64,000 bases of DNA from the NCBI GenBank assembly GCA_963575745.1, contig CAUYUJ010000003.1, positions 868,001-932,000 on the forward strand, in the 5' to 3' direction. The stretch's first letter is position 1. Each line of letters begins with the position of its first letter. Below are positions 13,500 through 26,400 of the stretch, piece by piece. The DNA is from Prorocentrum cordatum. Taxonomy: Eukaryota. Below the pieces are notes generated by a model. The model saw only the letters and a program-made list of their open reading frames with translations, was not told where the DNA came from and did no database searches. The position numbers were made by a program, and so were the translations under genes.

Positions 13500-14140
13500 T
13501 CAGTAGAGCCGGGTCGGCGCCCGGAGGTCAATGCAGATGTGCCAATACTCAGTGTGATGGATACGGTGCCAGGCGTGATGGAATCTTCTCGCCTCCCCGA
13601 GTATATCCCGTGGCAGTACAATATGGCATGCAACATGCCCGAGGACACGCAAAATCTCTGGGAACGGATCGGGAAATACGAACCGTTTTGTGTCACCATG
13701 TTTCCCCCGTGTGAGAAACTCACGGCTCTCCAAAACCACACCCCAGACAGGAAGTGAAAGGACCTGAAACGACATCTTCGGGAACTCCTGGAAGCAAAGC
13801 GATATGTTCTGGAATGCGTTCGGAAAGCTGGGTACCCGATGTCTCGGGACAGTGCATTTGTCTTCGAGGCCCTTCCGACTGAAGCAACCTACGGTTCACG
13901 TGCGATGAACGACTCCTGACAAATCCCAAGGTGAGCACGGGTGTGACGAGTGGATTCAGAGTGGGTCTCAAGCATCCTATTATTTCAGGGGTACTTCTGA
14001 GTAAGCGCTGGAAATTTTTGACATCGTCACTGGAGGTGGCGAGAGAGCTTTCACTGCCGTGTCAGGGCGGTCACGTCCACGTGCGGACAGAGGGCGGCAC
14101 TCCTCTGCCAGGCCTAGGTGCCTCTCTCCCTCGGTAGACT
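13500..14140 (+). pseudogene. Cytosine-5 DNA methyltransferase-like domain in copia-1 pol, between protease and integrase
   Basis: EPFCVTMFPPCEKLTALQN (motif IV PC), AFVFE (motif VI-like), VGLKHPIISGVLLSKRWKFLTS, CQGGHVH..EG. Confidence 0.7.
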
Positions 14141-17100
14141 CAGGTGCATCCGATCAAGCTTATCAGGACGATCCTCCAGGGACTGTCGAGAGCATGTGTG
14201 ATCCAGGACGGAGGAGAGGAGGTGGAAATACGTGCTGTTGACGACGACGAAGAATGAGGCGAGGAATGTCCCAGGCGTCCTCAGAGTTTGGGGGCAGCTC
14301 TCCAACGACGCCACTTTAATCTAGGTCATGCGACGGCAACGATGCTTCGACACCTCCGGCATGCGAACGCGAGTCCCGAGGCCATCGGTGTTGCAGCTTT
14401 TTTCCACTGCGACGAGTGTGAATCACGACGACACCAGTGATTGCGAGATATAGCTCACCCCCGACTCTTCAGCCTCTGAAGGCTATTGCTATGGATGTGA
14501 AGGGGTTCCCATACTGCTTGCCAGGGGAGCGGCGGAATTGTTTAAGTGAAGCTTCAACCCTGCACGTGATGGCACCACTTCGACTGGGAGAGACCGAATC
14601 CTCTCTCATCTTACTTCGCACGTATCAGGACAACTTGACCCGGCCGTACAGGAGGCCTGAGTGGTTGAAGGTAGACGCTGCGAGTGCGAATGTGTCGGTG
14701 GAAGTCCAGGATGCCATGGACAGGGATGGGATGATCATCATAGATACGGCAGGCATGGCGAAGGAGCAGAATGGGAAGGTGGAGGTACACGGGAGGTGGT
14801 TTGAGCATTGGTTCCAGGTAGTGAAGCTCGTCCACAAGATGAGAACGAGTGGCTAGAAAATGCAGCGCAACTCCAAAAGAAGCAAAGAACTCTATGCTGA
14901 ACGTCAATGGTATATCCCATGCCAAATGGTTGTTGGCAGGAACCCCAAAATTCCAGAGGATCTGATTTAGGAAAATCCGAACCTGGTTGCGATCAGCCGT
15001 GTGTTGCACGACTCGGTGGCGGCTCGTGCTGCCAACATCCGCGCGATGGCCCGTCGCGTGATTCTTGCCCATATCGAGATGTGTGGACTCTCGTCCGAGA
15101 TTGCATCGAGTGTTTCAGGCGAGAGATATGGTTGCAGTATGGCGCAAGATGAAGGGAGCCAACGCGGGAAACAGTCTTCCTACCGATGGCGTCAAGGTTT
15201 TTGCGTAGGACCTGTCCGAGAGTCCTACTGGGCGGCACTCCCCTGGAATCTGGTGAAAGCGTCCCTGGAACAGATGCGAGGCGAATCAGGAGGAACGGAC
15301 GGCATGGAAACTTTTGGAAGCGGAATTGCAGACGACAGCGGTAGATCTGGACAATCTTTCTGGGCGGTATTTTTAGGATATCACCAAGGGCCCTGGGCCT
15401 CGAGAAGGAACCCCACAGGAGGAGGAGGTGGTGGATGACAGAGCGTGGGCTGTTCCTTGACCAGTAAGAGGAAATCCGACACCAGCGACACCGACACCAC
15501 CGACCTCGCCAATCGGACCGACTCAGGAAACACCACTCAGCGAACCGAATCCGGTAGCAGCCTCGTCCAGGTTCCCGTTCCCGTACCCCTACCATGTTCC
15601 AGTTGGGGATCCAGCTCACCCGACGGGATCGCAACGGATGCCTTTTGGGTCGAAGAGGCCCGACCTGATTCGCTGTGCTGAGGATCAGTCGAGCTGCAGC
15701 CGTCCAAGCAGCCTCGTCTGGAGTCACCTCCAGGCCCCTCCGACTCCAGCTTGCGTCAAGCTCAACCCTCCGACTCCAGTCCTACGCCGCAGCTCGACTG
15801 TGGTGCGGTGACGTGCGAGGGAGCCGACGAGGCCCCGATGTTGGCAGTAACTGAAACCGAGGTCTCACTGGCCCGTGGGAGGAAGCAGGAGCGTGAGAAG
15901 GATCCAAGGTGGCAGGCAGAGGATGGAAGGCGACAGGTGCAGGAGGCGTTTCAGATGGAGCTTCGGAAACTTACCGTGGATCAGAAGGTCTGGAAAGCTC
16001 GCTCAATCGATGAATCGCGTCGACTTCGCCTGGAAATCCCGGATCCCATCCTACCGTCACGACCCGTGCTGACCCCGAAAGCCGATGAGGACGAACATAC
16101 AGAATTACGATGCCGTCTTGCAACGCAAGGTTTTAAGGATCCGGATGTGCTCGATATGATCAGGGCTGGGAATAATCAAAGTCCGACAGACACTCTCTGC
16201 GACTGGCAACGCAACTGTGTGTTGCAGCTGGTGGCCTCTGCTCACTTTCCGTTGATCTTGCGGGACATCCGTGGGGCATTCCTGGAAGCCGATCCTGAAG
16301 AACGACACAAGGGACCTGTGTTTTTAGTAGCTCCTAAGAATCACACTCCAAAAGGACACCATCCTGACCAACTGCATGACCTTGTGGACGGCTAGATTGG
16401 CTTTGTGGCCCATCCTCTTGATCCGTGTCTATTCATGATGCTCGAGCCTGTGCTTCCTGGACAGATGATGCCAACAAAACCAACAGACAGGTGTGTCGAT
16501 TGGGTCCTCTGGGGGACCACCGGAAGCACTATGTGGGCTGATGGATATACATGTGGACGATACGGTGGGAGGAGGATGAGACAGGTTGAAGACGGCGATT
16601 GGCAAACTGACACAACGGTTTTCCTGGGGAATTGGAGGCACGGTTCTGGGGAGTTCACAGGGTCCTGGTTACAATGAGATCCGGAAGGGACGATCACTCG
16701 GTTTCAGAAACAGATGCCGAGACCATGAAGCCAGTGAAATTCAGTCGGTGTGCTGTGAATGAGAGCAAAGCTCTACCGATGCAGGCGTCAGCACTGATCT
16801 CGATGAATCAGGCTGGCAATCTCGAGGCCGGACCTCTCGTGCCAGGTCAACAATAACCAACAATTACTACCGCATCCAAGTGTGAAGGAGACAAAACAAT
16901 GCGAACATGCTGGTGCGCCGAACTCGTCAACATAAAGATCATATTATTCGGTACTTTCCCATTTCATTCCGGGAGCTCCAGATGATGATTCACACTGACC
17001 TCGCCAAGGGAGAAAACGACGGTCTCAAGAAAACCCATGGCTGATATGTGAGAAGTGTGACGACATCGGGGATGCAACAGAGACAATTATCGCCATGTAA

Positions 17101-17250
17101 TCCTCTGATCTGGAGAAGTTACGGACTCAAACGGGCTATACGATCGTCTGTGGGTGCGGACGCCTCAGCATTGGCCGACGGTCTGGGAATGCTTCCACAA
17201 ATTACTCTAGAAAATCGGTACGAGTTTCTGAGGCGCTTTGAGGCCACCGC

Positions 17251-17296
<46 letters not shown>

Positions 17297-17840
17297 AAAA
17301 ACTGCGTACAATCACATTAACAAGATCGGATCCCCAGGCGCCCGTAAGGACAGGAGCTGCGCGATGGAACGTATGATTGCCCGACAGGCCCTTCAAAAGT
17401 TCGGTGGTTGCCTGATATTGGGTCCTACGTCGCTAATGCTGGCAGTTGCGCTGACCAAAGAGAAAGCAGATGCTCACGACTTACTTCGGGCATGCGTACG
17501 TTCAGGAGTGTACCAACTGGCCGATGGGTCGTCTACCTTGGAGGAAGCAGCTGCAGACAGAGAGCGCTGTCGAATCCATAGGGAAGTTTCTTCGAGCGAT
17601 GTCTCGGCCGCCAGGCCCATCCTGATACCTATCCTGCCGCCAGTGTTCAGAGCATCTAGATGGTTGGTTTCTAAACTGCGGGAGATCCCCGGACAGTGCG
17701 CAGCCTCATCCAGAGCCTGACGGATGCGGAGACAGGCTAGCCTGGCATGCTGAGCTGTGTGACTGCGTCGACGAGGATGGTGGTGAAGGTCCCAGCAGGA
17801 GTACTCGACAGCGATCTAAAACAGAACCCAGAATGTCAAA

Positions 17841-18290
17841 GTGACGCTGAGCTACCACAACAGTAGCAACTACATCCAGATGATGTGCCGGGCGGCTATC
17901 GAGGATGCTATCGTGAATCAGATCTCGGAGCTGAAGCAGGACTACGCCGAAAAGGTCCAGAAGAAATTGGCGTGCAAGATGGAGATGCCGAGTGGATGTG
18001 GGCACCTGGACAAGGTGATTAGGCTTCCTCCGAGGGAAGTCGAGGGGCAGGGCAGGATGCAGAGCAGTGTCGCGAAGCAAGAGGAGAAGGGCTTCGTGAC
18101 GATCGAGAGGCCAGATATCCCAGATCAGGACCCAACATATCAGGAGGCCATCGTTCTCACTGCAGTTTCCGTCACGCGCAACTTGCCGAACTATCCAGAC
18201 CAGCGGGACGCGCTGCTGAAGGTGATGAGTGAGTCCTTCGACCTGCAGGTGATGGCCATGCTGGCGGAGGCCCAGTGCTATGACATCTAG
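17841..18290 (+). CDS. Extra ORF of unknown function between RNase H and the 3' LTR of copia-1
   Basis: 149 open codons with normal helical-protein composition, inside the LTR boundaries. No recognised domain. Confidence 0.45.
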   Translation: MTLSYHNSSNYIQMMCRAAIEDAIVNQISELKQDYAEKVQKKLACKMEMPSGCGHLDKVIRLPPREVEGQGRMQSSVAKQEEKGFVTIERPDIPDQDPTYQEAIVLTAVSVTRNLPNYPDQRDALLKVMSESFDLQVMAMLAEAQCYDI

Positions 18291-18376
18291 GCTCCTAAAC
18301 GGGAGCAGGTGCCAGGAAACGAGGCTCGAGGACTAAGGCTGGCCCAGGACATCAGGCAACTAGAATTTTGAGTGCA

Positions 18377-18604
18377 TGTGGACTGCATTGTTTTGCCTGA
18401 TGTCTTATGCGCGCACGTGTGTATGCACATTGCCTCGTCGCCTCGCCGTTCCGGCTCAGACCAATCTCATTAACTATCAAGAGTCAGAGCGCAGGGGAAC
18501 GCTTGTTACAGGAGATAGCTGCGGGAATAGAAAAGTCATCGAGTAGACGTGCACCACGGCGTGCCTGTGGCACCAGGGCGTGCCTCGAGAGCTTGGGATT
18601 TGCA
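18377..18604 (+). repeat. 3' LTR of copia-1
   Basis: tgtggactgc...gggatttgca followed by the GGAGG TSD. Confidence 0.92.
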
Positions 18605-18890
18605 GGAGGAGAAGGATGATGATGATGATGATGAGGAGGAGGAGGAGGAGGAGGAGAAAGAGGAAGAGGAGGAGGTGGAGGAGGAATCCTACGGAAGGAG
18701 GGATAGGAGGAGAAGGTGGAAGAAGACGAGGAGGAGGAGGAGGAGGAGGAGGAGTCCTACGGGAAGACGGATAGGAGAAGGAGGAGGAGGCGGAGGAGGA
18801 GGAGGAAAAGGAGGAGTCGGAGGCGGAGGAGGAAGAAAACGAGGAGGGGCGAGGGGAAAACGCGGAAGGAGGACGAGGAGGAGGAGTGAG
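18605..18890. repeat. (GAG)n/(GAT)n purine-rich microsatellite, right part of the copia-1 target
   Basis: Visible tract. Confidence 0.95.
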
Positions 18891-21209
18891 GGATGCAGGC
18901 TGAAAGGAAGAGAGCCTCCCTTCCGCTCTGCCTGCATCGTTCGTGAGCCTCTCTTCCATCCCTCCCGTTCGTGGACGGATTGGTTCTGCCTCCTTACGAG
19001 ACGCAGAACAGGTCGTTCACGAACGTGCAGCGGTGCACACGAGCTTTCACAGATGTGGCAGTGCGTGGAAGGTGTGCGCAGTCGTACCTACAAGTTTGTT
19101 CCGCAGACGTCCCTCGGGTTTGGGATCAATGCGACCAGCAGCAGTCCATGGCCATGCAGGGATGGGTGCAATGCGAAGCTGCCCGCATGGGGCCAAAACG
19201 GATGGGGCAGGAGCAAATTGGGAGAAACAGACGGGAGAAGGAGGGTCGTCGAACGATCGGCGGCATGGATGATGCCAGCGCGCTCGGTGTAAACACGGCA
19301 AGCACGGAAACGATCGACGAAGGAGCGGGCGGCAAGCCTGCGCCTCGTTTTCGTTCAGCTAGCCGACCCTTTGACAACGAGGGCTGGTGGGAACAAACAA
19401 ACCAACAAGAGACATGGGAACGGCACGGGATGGAAAGAAGGAAGGAGGGAGAGAGGGAGGAGAGAAGGATAGTGGGCGGAGGGAGGGATAGATGGAAGTG
19501 TTTCTTTCGGATTGCGCCGCCAATGAAGCAAATTGTGGCGCGCAGCTAGCATATACAATTTGACGCAGTCAGCTGGCTGCGCTCAAACGTCGAGGAACGA
19601 ATGCTCTGCACGGGCACCTCAGGTCAGAGGACCCTTTCAGTGAACCAGTAAAACTTTCAACCATGGTCGAATCGGCGGCAGCGGCACAAGGTGCAGGGCG
19701 GTCCTGGACCGATGCTGGCGGCGCGACCCTGGCCGCCAGGTCGGGTCAGGCAGGGCCGCCAGATTGCGAGACTGCACGGCGAAATTCAAGGTGAGCACGA
19801 GACTGCGAGACTGCGAGGCTGCGTGCGTCATGCCAAAGTGGCATATTCTTCCTAACTGCGATCTTCCTCATCATCCACCCCATCCTCTCCCCCTCCCCCT
19901 CCTCCTGCCGGGCGGAAGAACGGGAGCCTGGCGCGCGGGGGGAGGGGAGTCGGAGCAAGACGCGTTCTGAGTTACACTGCGAAAATTGGCAACTTGAAGC
20001 GGTGGTTGGATGAGACTGAGAGGTGGCTAAGGCAGGCACGGCATATGCTGTCGAGGCACGATGCGCGGGGCGCGGGATGCGGAGGCGGGCCGCTGCTACA
20101 CTGCCTCGCGCTCTGCACTATGAGTCCCTGTCCCGATCCCCCCGCTCCTTGCTTGTCATCTCCGTCTGTAGGGTCGTCTGCAGGTACGTGGGCGACGTGA
20201 GCTGCTGGGCGTGCTGCGCCTGGCCGTGCTGCAACTTCGTGATGGCTGCGATGGGGGGCGACCGATCAGGCGGAGTTCCTGGTGTCGCTCCTGACGCTGG
20301 CAGCTGCTCGAGTAACGTCTTGGCCCGTCCTCAGGCTTGCTCACGCTACTGCACCTTGGTGTCAATTTCCTCTCCTGTCTTCTAAGCTTCGTCAACCGCC
20401 TCTCGTGCCTGTTCGAGCTCACCTTGTGATCAAAAGGAAAATGAACCCCGATGCCGATCGGCCCCGCGGGGCCCCAAACATTGGGCCAGGGGGGGTGGAG
20501 TTCAAACGGCCTCAGCCTGCCTGGGAAGCAAAGAGGGAACATGCTCGGAATGCGCCACGGCCGCTGCGCCGCTGCCTCAAGAACTCAAGGGCCTCCTTCT
20601 CGCTCATCCCCCCTCCTTGCCTCTCCACTCTTTGGCAGACATCTGGGATGGGGCGAGGGGGGGGGGGGGGGGGCCAGGCAGGAGTTCAGGAGGAGTTCGG
20701 CCCGACGGAGTTTGATGATGCAGATCGTTGCTAGCGTGGCCGTATTGTAAATACAGAGTATATGTGATGGTGATGTTGGCATCCACTGCGCTGGTAAACA
20801 TGGTTATGATGATGATGGGATGGCGATGTGTTACATTGACCCTTTTGTTTTATATGGGGGGAACAGCAGGAGTAGGAAGAGGGGCAAGGAGGGGGAGAAG
20901 GAGGAGCACCATGAAGATGGGACGCACGGGGGGCGGGAAGGGGGGAGTAAAAGCAGACAGGATGGGAGAGAGGGGCAGCGCGAGAGATCGCACCCTCTTT
21001 CGCACGCGATGGGCGGGCCCGCCACCGACGGGTCGCGTTTGCACGCGGCGCAAGCTGGTTTCAACGCCGACGCTCTTACGCGAGAAGGCGCGGCGGTCCG
21101 AGGCCGAAAGGCGCCGTGGGAGCGCAGTGCGCGGGCGCCGTGGGATCGCCAGCCCGCGGGGTGAGAAGGCCTCGGGGATCCATCTTCGCGCCCTCGGGCC
21201 GCCGCCCCG

Positions 21210-21309
21210 NNNNNNNNNNNNNNNNNNNNNNNNNNNNNNNNNNNNNNNNNNNNNNNNNNNNNNNNNNNNNNNNNNNNNNNNNNNNNNNNNNNNNNNNNNN
21301 NNNNNNNNN
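21210..21309. other. Assembly gap (100 N)
   Basis: Run of N. Confidence 1.
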
Positions 21310-21379
21310 CTGCCCCCAACCCCCGCCCAGGCTCCGACGCGGCGCGGAGGCTCGGCTTCAGGGAGCGCCTCGGGCCCGA

Positions 21380-21965
21380 GGCGGCGCCGCTGGCCTCCTG
21401 AACGGTCTCCGCGAACCGCCCGACCCCCGCCTTCAAGGCCTTCTCGCACCAGTCCTCGGCCATGCCCCGAAGCTGGTTGATGGCGAGCTCGTCTGGCCCA
21501 ACCCCACCCCCCACCGCCGAGAACGCGTCGCCCTTCCACGAGCGCGCCTCCCGCTGGATCCGCAGCATCTCGAACCTCACGCTGCAGATGTCGTGAAGCC
21601 GCTCCTGCGCCGTGTTGGTCGCCATTGCGCGGGGCCGCACCACGTCGCACTTCTCGAGACGGCCAGCCCGCGCGTGCATCGGCGTCTCACCGCGCGGGCC
21701 GTGCGGGAACGCCACGGTGATCGGGTCCGTGATGAAATCCCAGGGCACAGACCAACCATATCCTCCTGATCACCCGACGCGCCAATCAACTTGTCCTTCG
21801 CCCATTTCTCGAGGACCTCGGGGGTCGGAGGCACTGCGTATCCGACCGAGCCGGGCCCGCCATCACGTTCAAGGTAACTCCAGCTCGGGCCACGCAATAC
21901 GCACCGGCCGAAGTCCCAGGAGTTCGCCAGAGAGACCTTGCCCTCGCGCAGCTCCTCCCCCACGG
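21380..21965 (-). pseudogene. Host gene fragment with a MIB/HERC2-like domain, frameshifted near 21770
   Basis: GRCVLRGPSWSYLERDGGPGSVGY resembles GxRVVRGPDWxWxxQDGGxGxVG. The next frame gives ITVAFPHG...RAGRLEKCDV, resembling VxWxxG...YRxGxxGxYDL. Confidence 0.5.
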
Positions 21966-23499
21966 AGGCGCGACGACGCGCGACCCTTTCCCTCCCCCTT
22001 CCTCCATCCTCCACCCTCCACCCTCCACCTCCTCCATCCACCTCGAACCCACCTCCCCCATCCTCCACCCTCCATCCTCCGTGCTTCCACCTCTTCCATC
22101 CACCTCGTTGCCTCCGCCTCCGTGCAGCCACCTCCTGTCTCTGCCTCCACCTCCGTACCCTTGCTGACTGACATTCGGGTTGGAGCATGCAATTGGCCCC
22201 GCCCGATGGCCGCCCGAAGCGCTGACTGAAGGGGCGGGGGGGGGGCCAATGCGGAGCGCTGAAGGCGCCCGCCAGGCGAACGCGGCCTCAGTGCAACGGT
22301 GTGGGAGGCGCTGGCCAACTTTACACGCGTATCCTGATAGTCTGCGACTCGAAGAACCCCGCGAGGCGCGCCTGGCTCCTTGAACGAGCACCCCGACGGA
22401 TTCATCTGCTGGCCAGACCCAGCGGAGGCCCAGGAACGTCCAGGAGGGGAAGGGCTAGGAAACACAAGCCTTGGGCCGACTGCGCAGAATGCATCGTGCA
22501 CAAACAGATTGAAGATGCACCGCAACAACCCCCAGGAATGCATGCGAAACGGCGGCGCGCAAGGCCAGCCCGCCCCGGCTACGGCGACGCGACGCGGCCG
22601 CTCCTTCCCGCGAGGCATTTCCGAGCAGAGCAACCTCAAGAGCACGGGCGTCGACCTGCAAATCGGGCCAACTGTCCACATTATCTATAAAACCACGCAT
22701 GAGACGTGACAGTAAGTGTGATAACATGCTATAGGAACATGACGTGACTGACGACGCACGATCGGGACCCTTACCACATACGCTACCGAAGCGTAAACAC
22801 ACACTACATATGATCAGCCACGCGGCATGGCCAGTGCAAATAAATATTTTGAGTTGGTGCACAACTAAACATATGGTACCCTACCTCGGATATGCGTATT
22901 GCATGTTGCCGACGCGTGCGCTTGTTTATAATTGCATATGTCACGTAACATACTTATATACTTTCACCGCCGAAATTGATTGAGCCCTTTGCCTGTGACA
23001 GCGTGCGCATAGACGAAGCCACGTGCGCATGATTGTTCACGTGTCCCAAGCGCAACCATATGCATGCATGCGCGCACGGCAGAACAACGCGCGTGACCCG
23101 CACGTCCACACTTATTTGTGGGAAACACACGGAAACAACACCGTGAACAACATTGAGAATTGACGCGGCGGGCGACGATGGCAAACCAAATGTTGCAGGA
23201 TGCGCAGGGGGGGGGGGGGAGGCAGGGGGAAAACGCGACGTAGAGCCACGCGCGAGGATGCGCGGCAACGGGAACGCGCAACACACTTGCAAGTGAAAAA
23301 TGGAACGCGCGAACAGGCAAGCACCGACGCAAAAGCAAACCCACGCAATCAACATTAAACGCAGCGGTAACACAGCCCCGTGCAAGCACACACACGCGCA
23401 CAACTGACAAAAAAAACGTGGAAAGAAAAAGGGCTGATAGCTGCAACCACAACTGGAGACACAAGGGGAATAGGGTGGCAAGGAACACAACGAGCGATG

Positions 23500-26400
23500 T
23501 CATATAACGGGTAACGTGGGCAACGGCAACACAGCCAGCCTTGCGCGAGGTGCGTGTTGTGCGCGTCGTGGACCACCAGGGCGCCAGTCATGACCGCCTT
23601 GAAGTCGAGCCGCTGGTTGCCGTGGAAATCCAGGTGGCAGCGATCGATCTCTCCCTTGGCACGTTCCGTTCTCTGCTAGCCATGCTCGTGCACTCTGCCC
23701 CTTGTCTGGCCCGCTGCGGCAAGAGACGCGCCGCCAGCGCGGGTGGAGCTTCCGCAGATCGTGTCCAAGCTGGGCTGCTTTCTCCTGGGCTGTCGGCGGC
23801 TTCCTCCTCTTCGCTCTCCCCTGCTGGTGGACCATGTTGGGGTCCTCAGACGTGACCGCCATGTTGATCCCGAGCAGTCCGTTGTGGACGGCCGCCGTGA
23901 TCTGGTTGCGGATCTGCTGCTTGGCGATGGTTGCTGGGTCGAGCGCTCCATGTTCTGCGCCCCAGCCTGCATATTTGTCGGCCATCTCGTTGCCGATCGC
24001 CCGCCAGGTCGGCCCTCCAACCTTTCCAGCTCGGCGGGGTGCTCGATCATGTGGCTGGGGATGTGGTGGCCCATGGTGGCGTCCGTGCTGCGCTGCAACT
24101 GCTGCTTCGTCATGAGCCAGAGGTGGTAGTCCACACTTCTGTAGCCGAGGTCCTCGGGGTCTTGGATCTGCTTCAGCGCGTCGAGGGCATACTTGCAGTC
24201 GCTGACAATGTTGATGCCCTGGGCTGTGGCCGCCGTGGTGTACCCGATGGCCTTGCTCACAGCTGTGAGCTCTGCCCTGGGCACCGTGCGCGGCGCCCTG
24301 ATAGTCCCGCGCCGGGCTGCCACCTCCTGCGGTAGACCCCCCTCGCCGAGGTCGAAAGCCGCGACTGCCCAGCCGCGCCTCGGGGAGCCCGGGGCCCTCG
24401 GCCGTGGCGCCTGCACCTCCCGAGCCGTCCGTGAAGACGTGAAGACGCAGTTGGCTCTGACCTTGTGCCCCATCTGGACTGCCGCTTGTGCCTCCGCGCT
24501 GGTGCAGAACATCTGCGCTGCCTTGGCGACGCCCTCATCTGGGTCGACCTTTGTGGACAATGCCATCAGCGGGATGCCTCGGAGCCAGAAGTGCACGTCC
24601 TGCTGCTGGTTGAGCGCCTCCTTGTCTTTCTTGGCCAGGTCGGCGTTGTTGCTGTGGCCGATCTCGTCATGTGCAGGGCAGTCGTAGTAACGGTGCTCTT
24701 CTGTTCCCACCGATTCTCCGCATCTCGCGCAGACCTCTTCTCCTGCCTGGCTGAGGTTGGCAGCCCTGCGGCTCTCCCTCGCCCAGATACCCGCCACTAT
24801 TATCGTTTCCAGCATCGCCGCCTCGGCGTGCTGCCCTTTGCGCCGTCGCCTGCGCAGGTGGCGCTGCAGCTGGCAGAGGTCCGCTCCTTCACGCAGGCCT
24901 TCACCATGTCTGTGTGATGCGGCCTGTTGCTATAGCTGGTCCTGCGCGCTAGTCTGGACCTCCTGCAGCAGCGCGCCGAAGTGGGGGATGTCTTGTGGCT
25001 TGTAGGCCCAATCATCTCCTGCCGGGCAGATCCAGCTGCCCAGCCGATGCGGCGTCCAGCGCAGGCCCATCAGCTGCACGATGACGCCTGCCATCGGGCC
25101 CTTGACATGGCACCACCTCCTGTTTGGTTCCAGCTCCTGGAGCTTCGCAATGGGCATGTGCCGCGCCGTGGGGTGGTCCACTATCGTGAGCCAGAACTGC
25201 TCGACATGGTCCACGATGGCTCGGGTGACTGCTGCCTGCGCGCCTCGCTGGATCAGAAGAATAGTTGACGTGCAGCGCCCTGCTTTGTGCCCTCCCGTGA
25301 GGAGCGCCGCCTCCGCGGCCCTGACCTCGGTCGCCTCGGTTGGCGCGATGCCGCGCGCGGGTAGGTCCCGCGCCTGGTGGCCGTAGGCGCCTGCCGCGTA
25401 CACCTTCGCCGCGCCCTTGGCGTCCGTCTTGGCCAGGTCCTTGAACTTGCCAATGCGCTGTTTGGCCTTCGCCTGCCCGTCGATCCGCGCGCGCCGGGCG
25501 TCTGAGCTGCTTGCCGAGCCCTGCGCCCGCACCAAGGTCGCGGACCACGCCTGGCCGCTTGTTCGGGGTGCCCAGGCTGTCAAGCACGCTGGTGATCTTT
25601 GTCTGGAGGTCCTGGTCCGAGGCCACTACCGCCGTCTCGTTGGAGATCGAGATGGTGGCCCTCGCGAAGCCCTGATGTACCAAGCCTGTAACGTTCTTGA
25701 CCTGGGCCTGCACCTGCTTCCTGGCGCCCGCTATCTGCAAGGCTAGGTCGTCCAGGTACTGCTGGGTGGCCACGAACATGTAGTGCTTGCGCGCTGCGTT
25801 CAAGATGCCATAGAGGAGCGGCCGCGCGAGGTCCACTGCTTGCCAGCAGCCAGCGACCATGCTGTTGGCTGGCTCGAAGGCGTCGGAGAAGAGGCTGCGC
25901 GCCACGACCGCTCTCGGGGCGAGGTACATCTGGATGGCCATGGCAAGCGGCAGCAGGGGGTAGTGCAGGTCGCTGCCCTTTTCAATCAGCTGGTCGAGGC
26001 CTATGCTATCGTAGGAGTTGGCTGCGTCGTAGAAGATCCCTGCCGCGTGGAAGCCCATCTGCACTGCCGCCTCTGCTCTCATGAGCCAGTGCATCGCCGC
26101 GCGGAGGGCTGATGATCCTGCCGCCGCCGTGTCCCAGAAGCCTGATGCCGCTTTGCTCCAGGTCGCGATGATGGGCCTCCTGGCCGCGCTCCAGATGCGG
26201 TAGGGCATGTGCATGAGGCCTATCGGGCGCTCGCCTCCGATTCATGCCTTCTTTCCCAGCAGGAGCTCCAGGACCAGGTAGAACTGCCAAGGCCAAGCTG
26301 CTCGAGCCACGCAATTCAGCAGGCACTGCGCGAACTCCGTGAGCTCCTGCTCCCCCATGACCCTCAGCTCTGGCGCCCGCCACCAGTCTGCCCCCTGTCC

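Larger units (their letters stand above)
11572..18604 (+). mobile_element. Copia-type LTR retrotransposon 1 (degenerate) with a C5-methyltransferase-like domain
   Basis: TG...CA LTR pair and 5-bp TSD GGAGG. Gag; Zn knuckle VRCFLCRDDMGHFSRDSP (about 12670-12720); protease GAVDSGC (about 13060); HHCC HFNLGH...CDEC (about 14310-14420); integrase EQNGKVE; RT RLATQGFKDPD, DIRGAFLE, HPLDPCLF; RNase H LIWRS...MLAVALTK. INT-RT-RH order indicates copia. Confidence 0.93.

Noticed and set aside
19620..20300. Possible plus-strand host exons (AAG|GTGAGC at about 19790, CAG|GC at about 20036)
   Set aside because: Splice-like sites exist, but no coherent or recognisable protein could be assembled.
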